DNA of 64,000 nt from Trueperaceae bacterium (GTDB lineage Bacteria; Deinococcota; Deinococci; Deinococcales; Trueperaceae): positions 512,001 to 576,000 of the forward strand of contig JAXHNB010000006.1 in the NCBI GenBank assembly GCA_034520945.1, in the 5' to 3' direction. Positions 39,958-50,622 of this stretch are shown one piece after another. Every line of letters begins with the position of its first letter. Position 1 is the stretch's first letter. The translations under genes and the position numbers were made by a program. The notes beneath the pieces are model-generated. The model was given only the letters and a program-made list of their open reading frames with translations. It made no database searches and was not told the DNA's origin.

Positions 39958-41394
39958 TCAACGTGACGATCCGGCGGCGCGTTCTCCGCGAAGGTCCCAT
40001 AGGCACAGGATCAACGCCAAGGCGATCAGCACCAACACCAGGCGCATCATGTCCTGCAGGCCGCCGACCTGCGCCGTGATGGGGGCGGCCTGCGCCTGCG
40101 CACCCACCTCGGCCGCCGCCCGCACGGCGGTGCGGGCGGCCCAGACGCTGCCGAGCACGGCGATGCCGGTGGTCTGGCCCAGGGCGCGTGTGAGGCCCAG
40201 CAGGCCGCCGGCCACCCCAGAGCGGCCCTGGGGCGCAGCGCCCATGATGGCGCTGTTGTTGGGGGTCTGAAAGGTGCCCATCCCCAGTCCCACCAGCACG
40301 AAGCGCAGCACGAATCCCAGCGCCGTGGTGTCCTGGTCGAGGGTCGCGACCAGGGCGAACCCCGCCAGCGCCAGCGTCAGCCCGATCACGGTGATGGGGC
40401 GCTCGCCGTAGCGGTCGGCCAACGTGCCGGCCACGGGCGCGATGATGACCAACAAGATGGGCGTCACCGACATCAACAGGCCGACGGTGCGGGGTGGGAA
40501 GCCGAGCACGTTCTCGAGGTAGAACGGCATCACGAAGATCGTGCCCATGATCGACACGAAGACGGTGACGCCCGCCACCAGGCCCACCGTGAGCCGGCGG
40601 TTCCCGAACATGCGCAGGTCCACCACCGGCGCCGTCGCGCGTCGCTCGATGGCCGTGAACCCGGCGAGGGCCAGCGCGCTGGCGGCGAACAACGCCAGGA
40701 TGACCGGGTCGGCGAAGCCCCGCCCTTGGCCCAAGGTGAGGGCCAGGCTCAACGCGGCCAGGGCAGAGGACAGTGTCGCGGCGCCGGCCAGGTCGAACGG
40801 GAGCGGCGCTGCGGGCGCGTATCGAGGCACGAAGCGGTGCCCCAGCAGGAAGCCGGCGGCGGCGACGGGCACTCCGAACAAGAACACCCACGGCCAGCCG
40901 ACCTCCACCAGGAATCCGCCCAGGGTCGGGCCCAGGACGATCCCGACCGACAGGACGGCACCGTTCACGCCGATCGCCCGGCCGCGCTCACCGGCGGGGA
41001 ACACGTCGGCGATGATCGCCAACCCCAAGGCGGTCAGGACCGCGGAGGCGGCGCCCTGCACCGTTCGGAACATGATGAGTGACACCACCCCAGGGGCCAG
41101 GGCGCACAGGAGCGACCCGACCCCGAAGGTGGCGAACCCGCCGAGGAACAGCGTGCGCTTGCCGAACATGTCGGCCAGCCGGCCGGCGATCGGCAGCAGC
41201 GAGGCGGTGGCCAGCAGGTAGGAGAGCACCACCCACTGCACCAGCGCGAACGGCGCGTCGAAGGCGGTCACCAACGTGGGGAGCGCGACGTTGACGCTGG
41301 TCGCCATCACCGTGGAGGTGAACGCGCCCAGCGTGGCGCTGGCCAGCACGTACGCGCGTGCACGAGGGTGGTCGCGGACCTCCTCGAACGTCAC
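39958..41394 (-). CDS. MFS transporter (DHA2/EmrB-like)
   Basis: VNVALPTL, GRLADMFGKR, ERGRAIG, GPTLGG, FQTPNNSAIMG. Confidence 0.9.
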   Translation of the reverse strand: MTFEEVRDHPRARAYVLASATLGAFTSTVMATSVNVALPTLVTAFDAPFALVQWVVLSYLLATASLLPIAGRLADMFGKRTLFLGGFATFGVGSLLCALAPGVVSLIMFRTVQGAASAVLTALGLAIIADVFPAGERGRAIGVNGAVLSVGIVLGPTLGGFLVEVGWPWVFLFGVPVAAAGFLLGHRFVPRYAPAAPLPFDLAGAATLSSALAALSLALTLGQGRGFADPVILALFAASALALAGFTAIERRATAPVVDLRMFGNRRLTVGLVAGVTVFVSIMGTIFVMPFYLENVLGFPPRTVGLLMSVTPILLVIIAPVAGTLADRYGERPITVIGLTLALAGFALVATLDQDTTALGFVLRFVLVGLGMGTFQTPNNSAIMGAAPQGRSGVAGGLLGLTRALGQTTGIAVLGSVWAARTAVRAAAEVGAQAQAAPITAQVGGLQDMMRLVLVLIALALILCLWDLRGERAAGSSR

Positions 41395-41475
41395 GCCCTA
41401 TCCAACCACGACGTGGGCCCGACCCCCCCGAGGGGCGCCGGGCCCGTGCGCGCGCTGCAAGCGTTCAGCGCTGGA

Positions 41476-42402
41476 TCAGTTTGCGAAGGCGGCCTGCACG
41501 GCGTCGACTGCGCTTTCACCGTCCAGCGTCTCCACGCCGTCCAGCCACTCGCTCACGACGGAAAGGTTGTCCGCCACCCAGCCGCGCGCGACGGCGGTGG
41601 CGTCGTTGCCCTGACGGCTGTAGGCGTCGATCCAGGCGTTCTGGATGTCGGGCGTGACCGTGAACTGCTCGAAGAACGTCCGCAGGTTGGGGTTGTTCTC
41701 GGCCCATTCGGTGCTCAGGCCGGTCGCGACGTAGCCGTCGCCGCCCCACACGTTCTCGGGGTCGTCCAGGTAGGTGATGTCGTGCACCTCGTTCATCCAG
41801 TGCGGGCTCCAGGCCAGGAACACGATCGGTTCCTCGTCCTCGACGGCCGACGCGACCTGCGCCAGCATGCCGGCGGTGGAGGACTCGACCAGCTCCATGC
41901 TGGAGAAGCCGTAGGTGTCCTCCTCGATCATGGTCAGGATGATCTCGTTGCCGTCGTTGCCGGGCTCGATGCCGTAGATGCGGCCGTCGAACATGTCGGC
42001 GTTGGCGGCGACGTCGGCCAGCGAGGTGATGCCCTGCTCGGCGACGAAGGTCGGCACGCCGGGGCGGTACACCGTCGGTTCGAGGTTGGTGTTCACCAGG
42101 GTGAAGCTGCCGTCCCCGCCGCTCTCGGCGAGGTAATCCTCGAGCATGGTGTCCATGCTGGGTCGCCACACGCCGAGGAAGGCGTCGAGGTCGTTCTCGG
42201 AGAGGCCCTCGAAGATCAGCGGCACCGACAGCGCCTGCGCGTCGGTGTCGTAGCCGAGTTCCTGCAGAATCACGCTGGCGACCTGCGTCTTGACGGTGAC
42301 GCCGGGCCACTCGACGTATCCGAATTCGACGGAGTCGTCCTGCTGCGCGACGGCGGGGCCGAGCAACAGGGCGGCGATGATGAGTCCAAGCAGTCGTTTC
42401 AT
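41476..42402 (-). CDS. Glycine betaine/choline ABC substrate-binding protein (ProX/OpuAC-like)
   Basis: VEWPG, GVWRPS, IYGIEPGNDGN, AWSPHWMN aromatic-box motifs. Confidence 0.88.
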   Translation of the reverse strand: MKRLLGLIIAALLLGPAVAQQDDSVEFGYVEWPGVTVKTQVASVILQELGYDTDAQALSVPLIFEGLSENDLDAFLGVWRPSMDTMLEDYLAESGGDGSFTLVNTNLEPTVYRPGVPTFVAEQGITSLADVAANADMFDGRIYGIEPGNDGNEIILTMIEEDTYGFSSMELVESSTAGMLAQVASAVEDEEPIVFLAWSPHWMNEVHDITYLDDPENVWGGDGYVATGLSTEWAENNPNLRTFFEQFTVTPDIQNAWIDAYSRQGNDATAVARGWVADNLSVVSEWLDGVETLDGESAVDAVQAAFAN

Positions 42403-42614
42403 GGTGTGTCCCTTCCGCGAGACGTAGGAATGCACGCGGCCCGCACGGACGTGCGCACCGGGCCGTAGCCGATGAGGTGTGGGCCGGCCACCAGGTAGGG
42501 TAGTCGACGACCGCCTGAGGATCGTGTGACGTCCGTAACGAGGAACGCGGCGGTCGGCGCTCCGACGGTTCTTCCGGCGCCCGCCCACGCCCGATTGTGC
42601 GAAGGGAGCCAAGC

Positions 42615-43766
42615 GTGTCTCCAGCAACGACCGAGTCCGCGTCGGACCGACCGACGCCGTCCGCAACCGGGGAGGTGAAGATCGCCGTCCGCGGCGTCGC
42701 CAAGCTGTTCGGCGAGCGACGCCGCTTCGACGACGCGTTCTCGATGTTGGCCGAGGGGCGCACCAAGACGGAGGTGCAGGAGGCCCTGGGCGTGATGGTC
42801 GGCACCTACGGCATCGACCTCGACGTGGAGGCCGGCCGCACCTTCGTGCTGATGGGCCTCTCCGGCAGCGGGAAGTCCACGCTGCTGCGGCTGCTCAACC
42901 GTCTGCTCGAGCCGACGCGCGGCGAGATCCGCATCGACGGGGAAGACGTGACGGCGCTCGACCGGCGCGGGCTGATCGCCCTGCGGCGCCGCGTCTTCGC
43001 CGGAATGGTGTTCCAGCGCTTCGCGATCCTGCCGCACCGCACCACGCTGGACAACGTGGCGTTGGGGCTGGAGCTTCAGGGCGTCGCGCGGACGGAGCGT
43101 CACGAGCGCGCCGCCGCGATGATCGAGCTGGTCGGCCTGTCGGGATGGGAGCAGCACCGGCCGGCCTCGTTGTCGGGCGGCATGCAGCAACGGGTCGGGC
43201 TGGCGCGCGCGTTGGTCCTGGACGGCAACGTGATGTTGATGGACGAGCCGTTCAGCGCCCTGGACCCGCTGATCCGCCGCGAGCTCCAGGATGAGCTGGT
43301 GCAGCTCCAGGAGCGCGTGCAGAAGACGATCGTGTTCGTGACGCACGACCTGGACGAGGCGCTGAAGCTGGGCGACCGCATCACGATGCTGAAGGACGCG
43401 CGGGTGCAACAGGTCGGCACGCCGCAGCAGATCGTCACCGAGCCCGCCAACGACTACGTCCGCGCCTTCGTGGAGGGCGTGAACCGGACCGAGGTGCTGA
43501 CCGCCCGCGTCCTAATGCGCCCCCTCGAGGCGGGGGAGCCGGACACGCCGTTGCGCGTCGCGGGCCGCACCCCGCTCAAGGAGATCCTGGAGCTGGTCGC
43601 CGACGGACCCCGCGGCGTGCCGGTGTGCGTGCAAGACGAGCACGACACGCCGATCGGCGTGATCGATCGGCGGACCCTGTTCGCGGTGCTGGCGGGACGC
43701 GCCCTGGAGGACGCGCACGCGGCTCCCGAGGACGCGTCGCCGTCCACGCGCGGGGGCACGCCGTGA
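42615..43766 (+). CDS. proV: Glycine betaine ABC ATP-binding protein (ProV/OpuAA-like)
   Basis: MGLSGSGKSTL, LSGGMQQRVGLARAL, DEPFSALDPLIR; GTG start after AAGGGAG. Confidence 0.9.
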   Translation: MSPATTESASDRPTPSATGEVKIAVRGVAKLFGERRRFDDAFSMLAEGRTKTEVQEALGVMVGTYGIDLDVEAGRTFVLMGLSGSGKSTLLRLLNRLLEPTRGEIRIDGEDVTALDRRGLIALRRRVFAGMVFQRFAILPHRTTLDNVALGLELQGVARTERHERAAAMIELVGLSGWEQHRPASLSGGMQQRVGLARALVLDGNVMLMDEPFSALDPLIRRELQDELVQLQERVQKTIVFVTHDLDEALKLGDRITMLKDARVQQVGTPQQIVTEPANDYVRAFVEGVNRTEVLTARVLMRPLEAGEPDTPLRVAGRTPLKEILELVADGPRGVPVCVQDEHDTPIGVIDRRTLFAVLAGRALEDAHAAPEDASPSTRGGTP

Positions 43767-44614
43767 CGCTGCTCCGGCGGTGGTTCACGGACGGCATCCC
43801 GCTGGGTGCCTGGGTCGAGAGCGGGGTCGAGGCCCTCGAGGACGCCTTCTCGAACTCGTTCGACGTGTTCAGCGATGCGACGTTGGTCGTCTACGACATG
43901 ATGAACGGCGGGCTGATGTCGGTGCCGCCGTGGAGCGTGGTGCTGGCGTTCGCGGCGTTGGCCTGGGCGGCGACCAACTGGAAGGTGGCGGCGTTCACGC
44001 TGATCGGTCTGTTCCTGACGGTGAACATCGGGATGTGGCCGTCGTTCGTGTCGACGTTGACGCTGGTGGTGTTGGCCGAGGTGCTCGTGGTGGCGTTCGG
44101 GCTTCCCCTGGGGGTGCTGGCGGCCGTAAACGACGTCGCAGAGGGGATCCTGAAGCCCATCCTCGACTTCATGCAGACCATGCCGGCGTTCGTGTACCTG
44201 ATCCCGGCCGTCAGCTTCTTCGGTCTGGGGGTGGTGCCGGGCATCGTGTCGACGGTGATCTTCGCCATTCCCCCGTTGATCCGCTTGACCAACCTCGGCC
44301 TCAGGCAGGTGCCCCACGAATTGATCGAGGCGGCGGAGGCGTTCGGCGCGACACGGGGTCAGCGCCTCGTCAAGATCCAGTTCCCCGTGGCGGTGCCCAC
44401 CGTGATGGCCGGCGTGAACCAGAGCATCATGCTGAACCTGTCGATGGTCGTGATCGCGGCCCTGATCGGCGCGGAGGGGCTGGGCCGCGACGTGATCCGC
44501 GGCATGAACATCCTCGACATCGGGCTCGGCTTCGAGGCCGGCCTGGCCATCGTCATCATGGCGATCGTGCTGGACCGCATCACGCAAGCGCTGGGCCGCA
44601 ACGGGCCCGACTGA
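43763..44614 (+). CDS. proW: Glycine betaine ABC permease (ProW/OpuAB-like)
   Basis: PILDFMQTMPAFVYLIP, RLTNLGLRQV, AGVNQSIM. Confidence 0.9.
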   Translation: MTLLRRWFTDGIPLGAWVESGVEALEDAFSNSFDVFSDATLVVYDMMNGGLMSVPPWSVVLAFAALAWAATNWKVAAFTLIGLFLTVNIGMWPSFVSTLTLVVLAEVLVVAFGLPLGVLAAVNDVAEGILKPILDFMQTMPAFVYLIPAVSFFGLGVVPGIVSTVIFAIPPLIRLTNLGLRQVPHELIEAAEAFGATRGQRLVKIQFPVAVPTVMAGVNQSIMLNLSMVVIAALIGAEGLGRDVIRGMNILDIGLGFEAGLAIVIMAIVLDRITQALGRNGPD

Positions 44615-44647
44615 TCGGCCGGGCCCGCGGGCCAGCGCCGCGGAGGT

Positions 44648-45514
44648 TCAGCCCTTGACGCTGCCCGCCAGCAGGCCCCGGATGAAGTACCGGCCCAGCA
44701 CGATGTAGATCAGCAGCGTCGGCAGCGCCGCCAGGACGCTGCCGGCCATCGGCAGGTTCCAGGACACGGCCTGGCCCCCCGCGAGCTGTGCCAGCGCGAC
44801 GGTGATGGGCTGGCTGCTCTGCGAGGTCAGCGTCACCGCGAACAGGAACTCGTTCCAGATCTGCGTGAACTGCCAGATGATCACCACCACGAAGCCGCTC
44901 ACCGACAGGGGAAACACGATGTGTCGGTACATGCCGAAGAAGCCCGCCCCGTCGATCTTGGCCGAGTCGAGCATCTCGTCGGGGATCTCGGCGTAGAAGT
45001 TGCGGAAGATCAGCGTGGTGATGGGAAGGCCGTACACGATGTGCGTCAGGGACAGGCCGGCGATGCTGCCGTACAGGCCGATGTCGCGCAGGAACTGGAA
45101 CAGCGGGATCAGGATGGCCTGGTACGGGATGAACATGCCGAACAGCATCAGCGGAAACACGATGTTCGCGCCGGGGAAGCGCCACTTGGACAGGATGTAG
45201 CCGTTCAGCGAGCCGAGGATGGCGCTGCCGAGCGTGGCGGACGTCGCCAGCACGAAGCTGTTCCGCAGCGTGGGGAAGAACGCCTCCCAGGCCACCACGA
45301 AGCTGTTCCAGTTCGGCACCGCCGGCCAATGCCAGGTGGTCGCCAGCCGGATGGCGGCGGGTTCCTTGAGGGCGGTGGCGAACACCAGGTAGATCGGCAG
45401 CAGGTAGAAGATCGTTGCCAACACCAGCAGTGCGTACACGGCGATGCGGCGGCCGCGGCGTCCCGCGCGAGGACGCGAGGCGGGGGGGCGGCGCGTGAGC
45501 GTCTCGGCGCTCAT
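44648..45514 (-). CDS. Carbohydrate ABC permease (MalG-type)
   Basis: [30 protein letters not shown]. Confidence 0.92.
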   Translation of the reverse strand: MSAETLTRRPPASRPRAGRRGRRIAVYALLVLATIFYLLPIYLVFATALKEPAAIRLATTWHWPAVPNWNSFVVAWEAFFPTLRNSFVLATSATLGSAILGSLNGYILSKWRFPGANIVFPLMLFGMFIPYQAILIPLFQFLRDIGLYGSIAGLSLTHIVYGLPITTLIFRNFYAEIPDEMLDSAKIDGAGFFGMYRHIVFPLSVSGFVVVIIWQFTQIWNEFLFAVTLTSQSSQPITVALAQLAGGQAVSWNLPMAGSVLAALPTLLIYIVLGRYFIRGLLAGSVKG

Positions 45515-46623
45515 CTGCCTACCTCGCCGCGAAGGCTGTAGCGCAAATAGGGGATGATCACCATCGCCACCATGATCAGCAGCACCACGGCGATGGCGGC
45601 TCCCTCGGCGAACTGATTCGCGCGGAAGCTCCGCAGGTACATCAACAGGGCCGGCACGTCGGTGGTGGCGTTGTCCGACCCGGCCATCGCCCAGATCAGG
45701 TCGAAGATCTTCAGGCTGATGTGGCCCAGGATGATCATCGCCGACAGGGTGATGGGCCCAAGCAGGGGCAGCACCACGTGCCGGTACAGCTGCACTTCGT
45801 TGGCGCCGTCGATCCGGGCCGCCTCCCGCAGCGTCTCGGGAATGCCGCGCAGGCCGGCCAAATACAGCGCCATGGTGTACCCCGACAACTGCCACACCGC
45901 GGCGAGGATGATGCCGATGAACGCCACGTTGAAGCCGTGCGTCTCAGGGAACGGCAGCAAGGTGATGCCGGGCGCGCCGGCCAGGGCCCAGACGAGAAGC
46001 GCCGTAGCGGCACCGCCCACTGCGAAGCCCTGTACGCGGCGCCCGCTCTGCCAAGCGCGCCAGGCCACCCATGCGAACAAAATGCCCAGCAGCAGTCCGC
46101 CGTAGAGCGGCAGGGCGTTCCAGTCGAACTGCCACACCTGCAGGCGCGTGGTCAGCCATGGGAACTCGATGCGTGGCAGACCGATCAGCTCGGGAAGCAC
46201 GTTCACGCCGCCGCGCGGCTGAAGCATCCAGCGCCAGACCGTGCCGGTCACGATGAAGGCCATCGCGAACGGGAACAAAAACACGGTGCGGAAGAAGCCC
46301 TCGCCGCGCACGTTCTGCTCCAGCAAAATGGCGAGGCCCAGCCCCACGATCAGGCAGCCGGCGATGAAGAAGATCGTGAAGAAGAAGGTGTTCACCAGGT
46401 CCTGACGAAAGCGGGTCTGCACCGCGCTGGTGAACAAAGTTTGATAGTTCGCGAACCCGATGAACTCGAGTTGCGGATTCAACGCCAGGGCCTGCGACGC
46501 GTCGCGGCCCCAGTTGGTCAGGGATACGTAGATCGTCCGCCCGATGAAGCCATACACGAAGATCGCCAGCAGCACCAGCGACGGCAGCAACATCAGCAGG
46601 GCGGAGAGGCGATCGCGGGTCAT
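45511..46623 (-). CDS. Carbohydrate ABC permease (MalF-type)
   Basis: [35 protein letters not shown]. Confidence 0.92.
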   Translation of the reverse strand: MTRDRLSALLMLLPSLVLLAIFVYGFIGRTIYVSLTNWGRDASQALALNPQLEFIGFANYQTLFTSAVQTRFRQDLVNTFFFTIFFIAGCLIVGLGLAILLEQNVRGEGFFRTVFLFPFAMAFIVTGTVWRWMLQPRGGVNVLPELIGLPRIEFPWLTTRLQVWQFDWNALPLYGGLLLGILFAWVAWRAWQSGRRVQGFAVGGAATALLVWALAGAPGITLLPFPETHGFNVAFIGIILAAVWQLSGYTMALYLAGLRGIPETLREAARIDGANEVQLYRHVVLPLLGPITLSAMIILGHISLKIFDLIWAMAGSDNATTDVPALLMYLRSFRANQFAEGAAIAVVLLIMVAMVIIPYLRYSLRGEVGR

Positions 46624-46655
46624 GGTGACAAGATACCGGAGTTCGGAGAACGAAG

Positions 46656-46682
46656 GTGGGGACGCGCCGGGCGCGTCCCCAC
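46656..46682 (-). other. Intercistronic stem-loop after the sugar SBP gene
   Basis: GTGGGGACGCGC-CGG-GCGCGTCCCCAC. Confidence 0.6.
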
Positions 46683-46692
46683 AGGATCGTGT

Positions 46693-47931
46693 TTACTCGC
46701 CCAGGCCGGTCTGGCTGGCGATCGCTTCCGCGGCGTTCGCGGCTTGCTCGGGGTTGTCGGAGGAGAGGAAGATCTCCATCGCCGACGCGAACTCGCTCAT
46801 GAACGCTTCCTTGGCCACGGTGCCGTGCACCAGGCTGCCGACGGTCTCGTCGTTGGCGTAGTCCTCGGCGGCCGACTGCAGGTAGGCGTTGTACTTGGAC
46901 AGGTCGCTGTCCAGGCGCGGGCTGATGGAGCCCTTCAGCGGGTTGAAGGTGTCCTGGCCCTCCAGCGAGCCCACCAGGCGGAGCCAGTCGATGGCGTTGT
47001 CGCGGTGCGGCGCACCGACCGGCAGGCCGAACGAGTCGGCCAGCACCATGTACACGCCGTCAGTGCCGGGGCTGGCGGCCCAGCCGAAGTCCACGCCGGG
47101 CTCCAGCTCGAGCGTGGTCACCATGTAGCCGGCGGCCCAGTCACCCATCACGTTGAAGGCGGCGTCGCCCTCGACCACCATGTCGGTCGCCTGCTGCCAG
47201 CTGAGGCCGGAGGCGTCGTCATTGGTGCACTCGAGGACCTGCCCCAGGGTGTCCCAGGCGGCCACGGCCTCGTCGGACGTGAAGCTCACGTCGCGCGTCC
47301 ACAGCCCGTTCCAGCCGTCCACGCCCATTTCGGCCAGCGCGACGGACTCCCACAGGTGCTGGACGGTCCAGTTCTGGCCCAACGACAGCGGGGTGACGCC
47401 CTGATCCTGCAACGCGGGACAGGTCTCGTTCAGGAACTCGTCCCAGGTGGCCGGGACGTCCACGCCCCACGTCTCGAGGTTCTCGGGCACGTACCACAGC
47501 ACGTTGGAGCGGTGCAGGTTGGCGGGAACGCTCCAGATGCCCTCGTCCGTGCTCAACAGGTCGATGAACTGCTCGGGGAAGACGTCGAACCATCCCTCTT
47601 GTTCGTACAGGAAGGTGAGGTCTTCCATGCGGTCGGCCGCGACCCAGGTGCCGATCAGTTCCTGGCCGATGTGCACCTGGAAGCTGTCCGGCGGGTCGCC
47701 GCCCAGCATGCGGGTCTTCAGCACGGCGCGCGCATTGACGCCCGAGCCGCCCGTGACGGTGGCGTTGATCACGTCGACCTCGGGATGATCCTCTTCGTAC
47801 AGGTCGATCAACGCTTCGAGGGCCGGACCCTCGTTGCCTGCCCACCACGAGAAGATCTCGAGTTCGCCCTGGGCGGAGGCCGCCCCCAACAGGGCGATCG
47901 AAGCGAGGACCATCAACGACGTTCGGATCAT
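46693..47931 (-). CDS. Glucose/mannose-type ABC substrate-binding protein
   Basis: LEIFSWWAG.EG, GGSGVNA, PPDSFQVH, NVMGDW, FNPLKGSI resemble Thermus-type glucose-binding proteins. Confidence 0.85.
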   Translation of the reverse strand: MIRTSLMVLASIALLGAASAQGELEIFSWWAGNEGPALEALIDLYEEDHPEVDVINATVTGGSGVNARAVLKTRMLGGDPPDSFQVHIGQELIGTWVAADRMEDLTFLYEQEGWFDVFPEQFIDLLSTDEGIWSVPANLHRSNVLWYVPENLETWGVDVPATWDEFLNETCPALQDQGVTPLSLGQNWTVQHLWESVALAEMGVDGWNGLWTRDVSFTSDEAVAAWDTLGQVLECTNDDASGLSWQQATDMVVEGDAAFNVMGDWAAGYMVTTLELEPGVDFGWAASPGTDGVYMVLADSFGLPVGAPHRDNAIDWLRLVGSLEGQDTFNPLKGSISPRLDSDLSKYNAYLQSAAEDYANDETVGSLVHGTVAKEAFMSEFASAMEIFLSSDNPEQAANAAEAIASQTGLGE

Positions 47932-48163
47932 GATGTCTCCTTCCCCCGGGGAAGAGACGCCCCGGGACGCGCGGCCGGTCCAGGCATACCTCACCCAGAA
48001 TCACGAGGGTGCACGCCTGAGCGTGCGGCCATCCCGACAGAGCTCCGAGGTTGGACGGGACCGGTCCGCTTGCGTTCACTCGTAGCGTACGGCGCGGAGC
48101 CGTTCCGGCGCAACACGGTGTGGACGTCGCTCGCCGCGGCGGGAGGGGGGTAGCATGGACGCC

Positions 48164-50548
48164 GTGCCGGACGCGCAGGAGCTCAGGGAACGACTGCGGA
48201 GCCCGTTGCGCCGGGAGCTGCGAGCCGGCTGCCGCGACGACGTCGTGGTGGGCGGCTTGGAGCGCCTGATCCGGACCGTCGGCACGCCGTTCGCCGAAGT
48301 CCGAACGCTGTTGGCCGGGTACGCAGAGATGGCGCCCGAGATGCGCCAGGAACGCGTACGCCAGGCCCTCGGCTCCTTGGACCGGTCGGCGGCGGCGAAC
48401 CCCGGCCCCCATGCATCGCCCGGCCCCCCCGACAAGGGCGACGGCCCCCGAAGCGGCGCCGCGGAGAAGGGTGGCGGCCCCGGCGCCACCCGCCTCCTCG
48501 AGGCACGGCTGCACGAGGTCGACATCGGCTTGGCGGCCCAGGCGGGACGCAAGCTGGCGGAGCTCGGGGTCGCCACCCACCGGGATCTGCTGCGGGTGTT
48601 CCCCCGCCGCTACGAGGATCGCCGGGCTTTGCCGGACTTCGCCGGCCTGGCCGGGCGCGAGCAGGCCACCGTCATCGGCACGCTGTTGGGACGCAAGGCG
48701 ACGAAGTCCCGCCGTGGCATGACGGTGTTGCGGGCGTTCATGGAGGATCGCCATGGCGGCCGGCTGAGCGTGGTGTGGTTCAACCAGCCCTGGCTCGAGA
48801 CGCAGTTGTTCCCGGGCCGAACCCTGATCGCGACCGGGCGCGTCAAGGCGCAGGGGGGTCGGACGGAGTTGCACGCCACCCACCACGAAGTCGTCGAGGG
48901 CGATGACACCCTCGCCACCGATCGGATCGTCGGCATCTACGCCACCCCTCGCGGGCTGGCCCAGGACTACCTGAGGCGGGCCATTCGGACGCTGCTGGAC
49001 GTTCTTCCGACCGTTCCAGACCACCTTCCCCGCCCGGTGCTCGCGCGCGAAGACCTGGTGTCGTTGAAGACCGCGCTGGAGCAGATCCACTTTCCCGACG
49101 ACGAAGCGGGGTTGGCGGCCGCGCTGCGCAGACTCAAGTTCGACGAGTTCCTGTTCCTCGAGCTGCGCATGCTCCGCGCCAAGGCCGCGGGCGGGCCGGG
49201 GGCGGCCACGCCGGTGGACGACGCGGACGTGCGGCGTTTCGAGGAGGCGCTGCCGTTCCGGTTCACCGGCGCCCAGCGGCGCGCCCTGGACGAGATCCTG
49301 GCGGACGTCGCCGCGCCGCGCCAGATGGCCCGCATGCTGCAAGGCGACGTCGGCAGCGGCAAGACGGCGCTGGCAGCCGCGGCGGCCTGGGTCGTCGTCC
49401 GCGCGGGGCGGCAGGCGGCGGTGATGGCGCCCACCGAGATTCTGGCCCGTCAGCACTTCTTGAATCTGCGCGAATACCTGCACCCGTTGGGGGTCCGCAC
49501 CGAGATGTTGAGCGGCTCGCAGGCCACCGCCGTGCGGCGCGAGGCGCGGGCGCGCGTGTCGTCCGGCGGGGCCGACCTGGTGGTGGGGACGCACGCCCTG
49601 ATCCAGGAAGGCGTCGAATTCCGCGACCTGGGCCTGGCCGTCATCGACGAGGAGCATCGCTTCGGCGTGGAGCAACGCCGCGCCCTGATCCGGACCCTCC
49701 CGGACGTGCTGGTGATGTCGGCGACCCCGATCCCGCGCTCGCTGGCGCTGACGCTGTACGGCGATCTGGACCTCTCGGTCCTGGATGAGCTTCCCCCAGG
49801 CCGGACGCCGGTGCGGACCACGTTGGTGGGCGCACCTAGGCGGCGCGAGGTCTACCGCGAGGTGTGGGACGAGATCCAGCGCGGGCGGCAGGCGTTCGTG
49901 GTCGCACCCCTCGTCGAGCGCAGCGAGGCGGAGACCATGCAGGAGATCGCCTCGGCGACCGAGATGGCCGACGATCTCCGCCGCATCCTTCCGGAGGCGT
50001 GCCGCATCGAGCTGCTGCACGGCCGCATGCCGGGTGCCGAGAAGGACGCCGTGATGGCACGCTTCCATGCGCACGAGATCGACCTGCTGGTGTCCACCAC
50101 CGTCGTCGAGGTGGGCGTCGACGTGCCCAACGCCTCGGTGATGGTGATCGAGAACGCCGAGCGCTTCGGGCTGTCGCAGCTGCACCAGCTCAGGGGCCGC
50201 GTCGGGCGCGGGGCGGCAGAGAGTCGCTGCATCCTGGTGGCCGGCGACCGCTCCCGCAAGACGCAGCGGCGGCTCGAGGTGGTCGCGCGCCACACGGACG
50301 GGTTCCTGATCAGCGAGAAGGACCTGGAGTTGCGCGGGCCGGGCGAGCTTCGCGGCACCCGGCAGTCGGGTCTGCCCGACCTGCAACTCGGCGACGTGGT
50401 GCACGACGGCGAGGTGATCGAACGCGCGCGGGCGGTGGCCGAACGGATGCTGGAGGCGGACCCTCGCCTGGAGGCGCGTTGGGCCACCCGGCTCCGCGAC
50501 GAGCTGAAGCGGCGCGTTCGCGCGGTCGGCCTGCGCGAACCGATCTGA
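48164..50548 (+). CDS. recG: ATP-dependent DNA helicase RecG
   Basis: [44 protein letters not shown] start 7 nt after TAGCAT (alternative ATG 48155). Confidence 0.95.
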   Translation: MPDAQELRERLRSPLRRELRAGCRDDVVVGGLERLIRTVGTPFAEVRTLLAGYAEMAPEMRQERVRQALGSLDRSAAANPGPHASPGPPDKGDGPRSGAAEKGGGPGATRLLEARLHEVDIGLAAQAGRKLAELGVATHRDLLRVFPRRYEDRRALPDFAGLAGREQATVIGTLLGRKATKSRRGMTVLRAFMEDRHGGRLSVVWFNQPWLETQLFPGRTLIATGRVKAQGGRTELHATHHEVVEGDDTLATDRIVGIYATPRGLAQDYLRRAIRTLLDVLPTVPDHLPRPVLAREDLVSLKTALEQIHFPDDEAGLAAALRRLKFDEFLFLELRMLRAKAAGGPGAATPVDDADVRRFEEALPFRFTGAQRRALDEILADVAAPRQMARMLQGDVGSGKTALAAAAAWVVVRAGRQAAVMAPTEILARQHFLNLREYLHPLGVRTEMLSGSQATAVRREARARVSSGGADLVVGTHALIQEGVEFRDLGLAVIDEEHRFGVEQRRALIRTLPDVLVMSATPIPRSLALTLYGDLDLSVLDELPPGRTPVRTTLVGAPRRREVYREVWDEIQRGRQAFVVAPLVERSEAETMQEIASATEMADDLRRILPEACRIELLHGRMPGAEKDAVMARFHAHEIDLLVSTTVVEVGVDVPNASVMVIENAERFGLSQLHQLRGRVGRGAAESRCILVAGDRSRKTQRRLEVVARHTDGFLISEKDLELRGPGELRGTRQSGLPDLQLGDVVHDGEVIERARAVAERMLEADPRLEARWATRLRDELKRRVRAVGLREPI

Positions 50549-50622
50549 GGCCTCGACCGCGTCGCCGGAGACGGGGCCGCCACGCGCGACCGCGCGCACC
50601 GCCCTCCTGCTAGACTCGCGTC

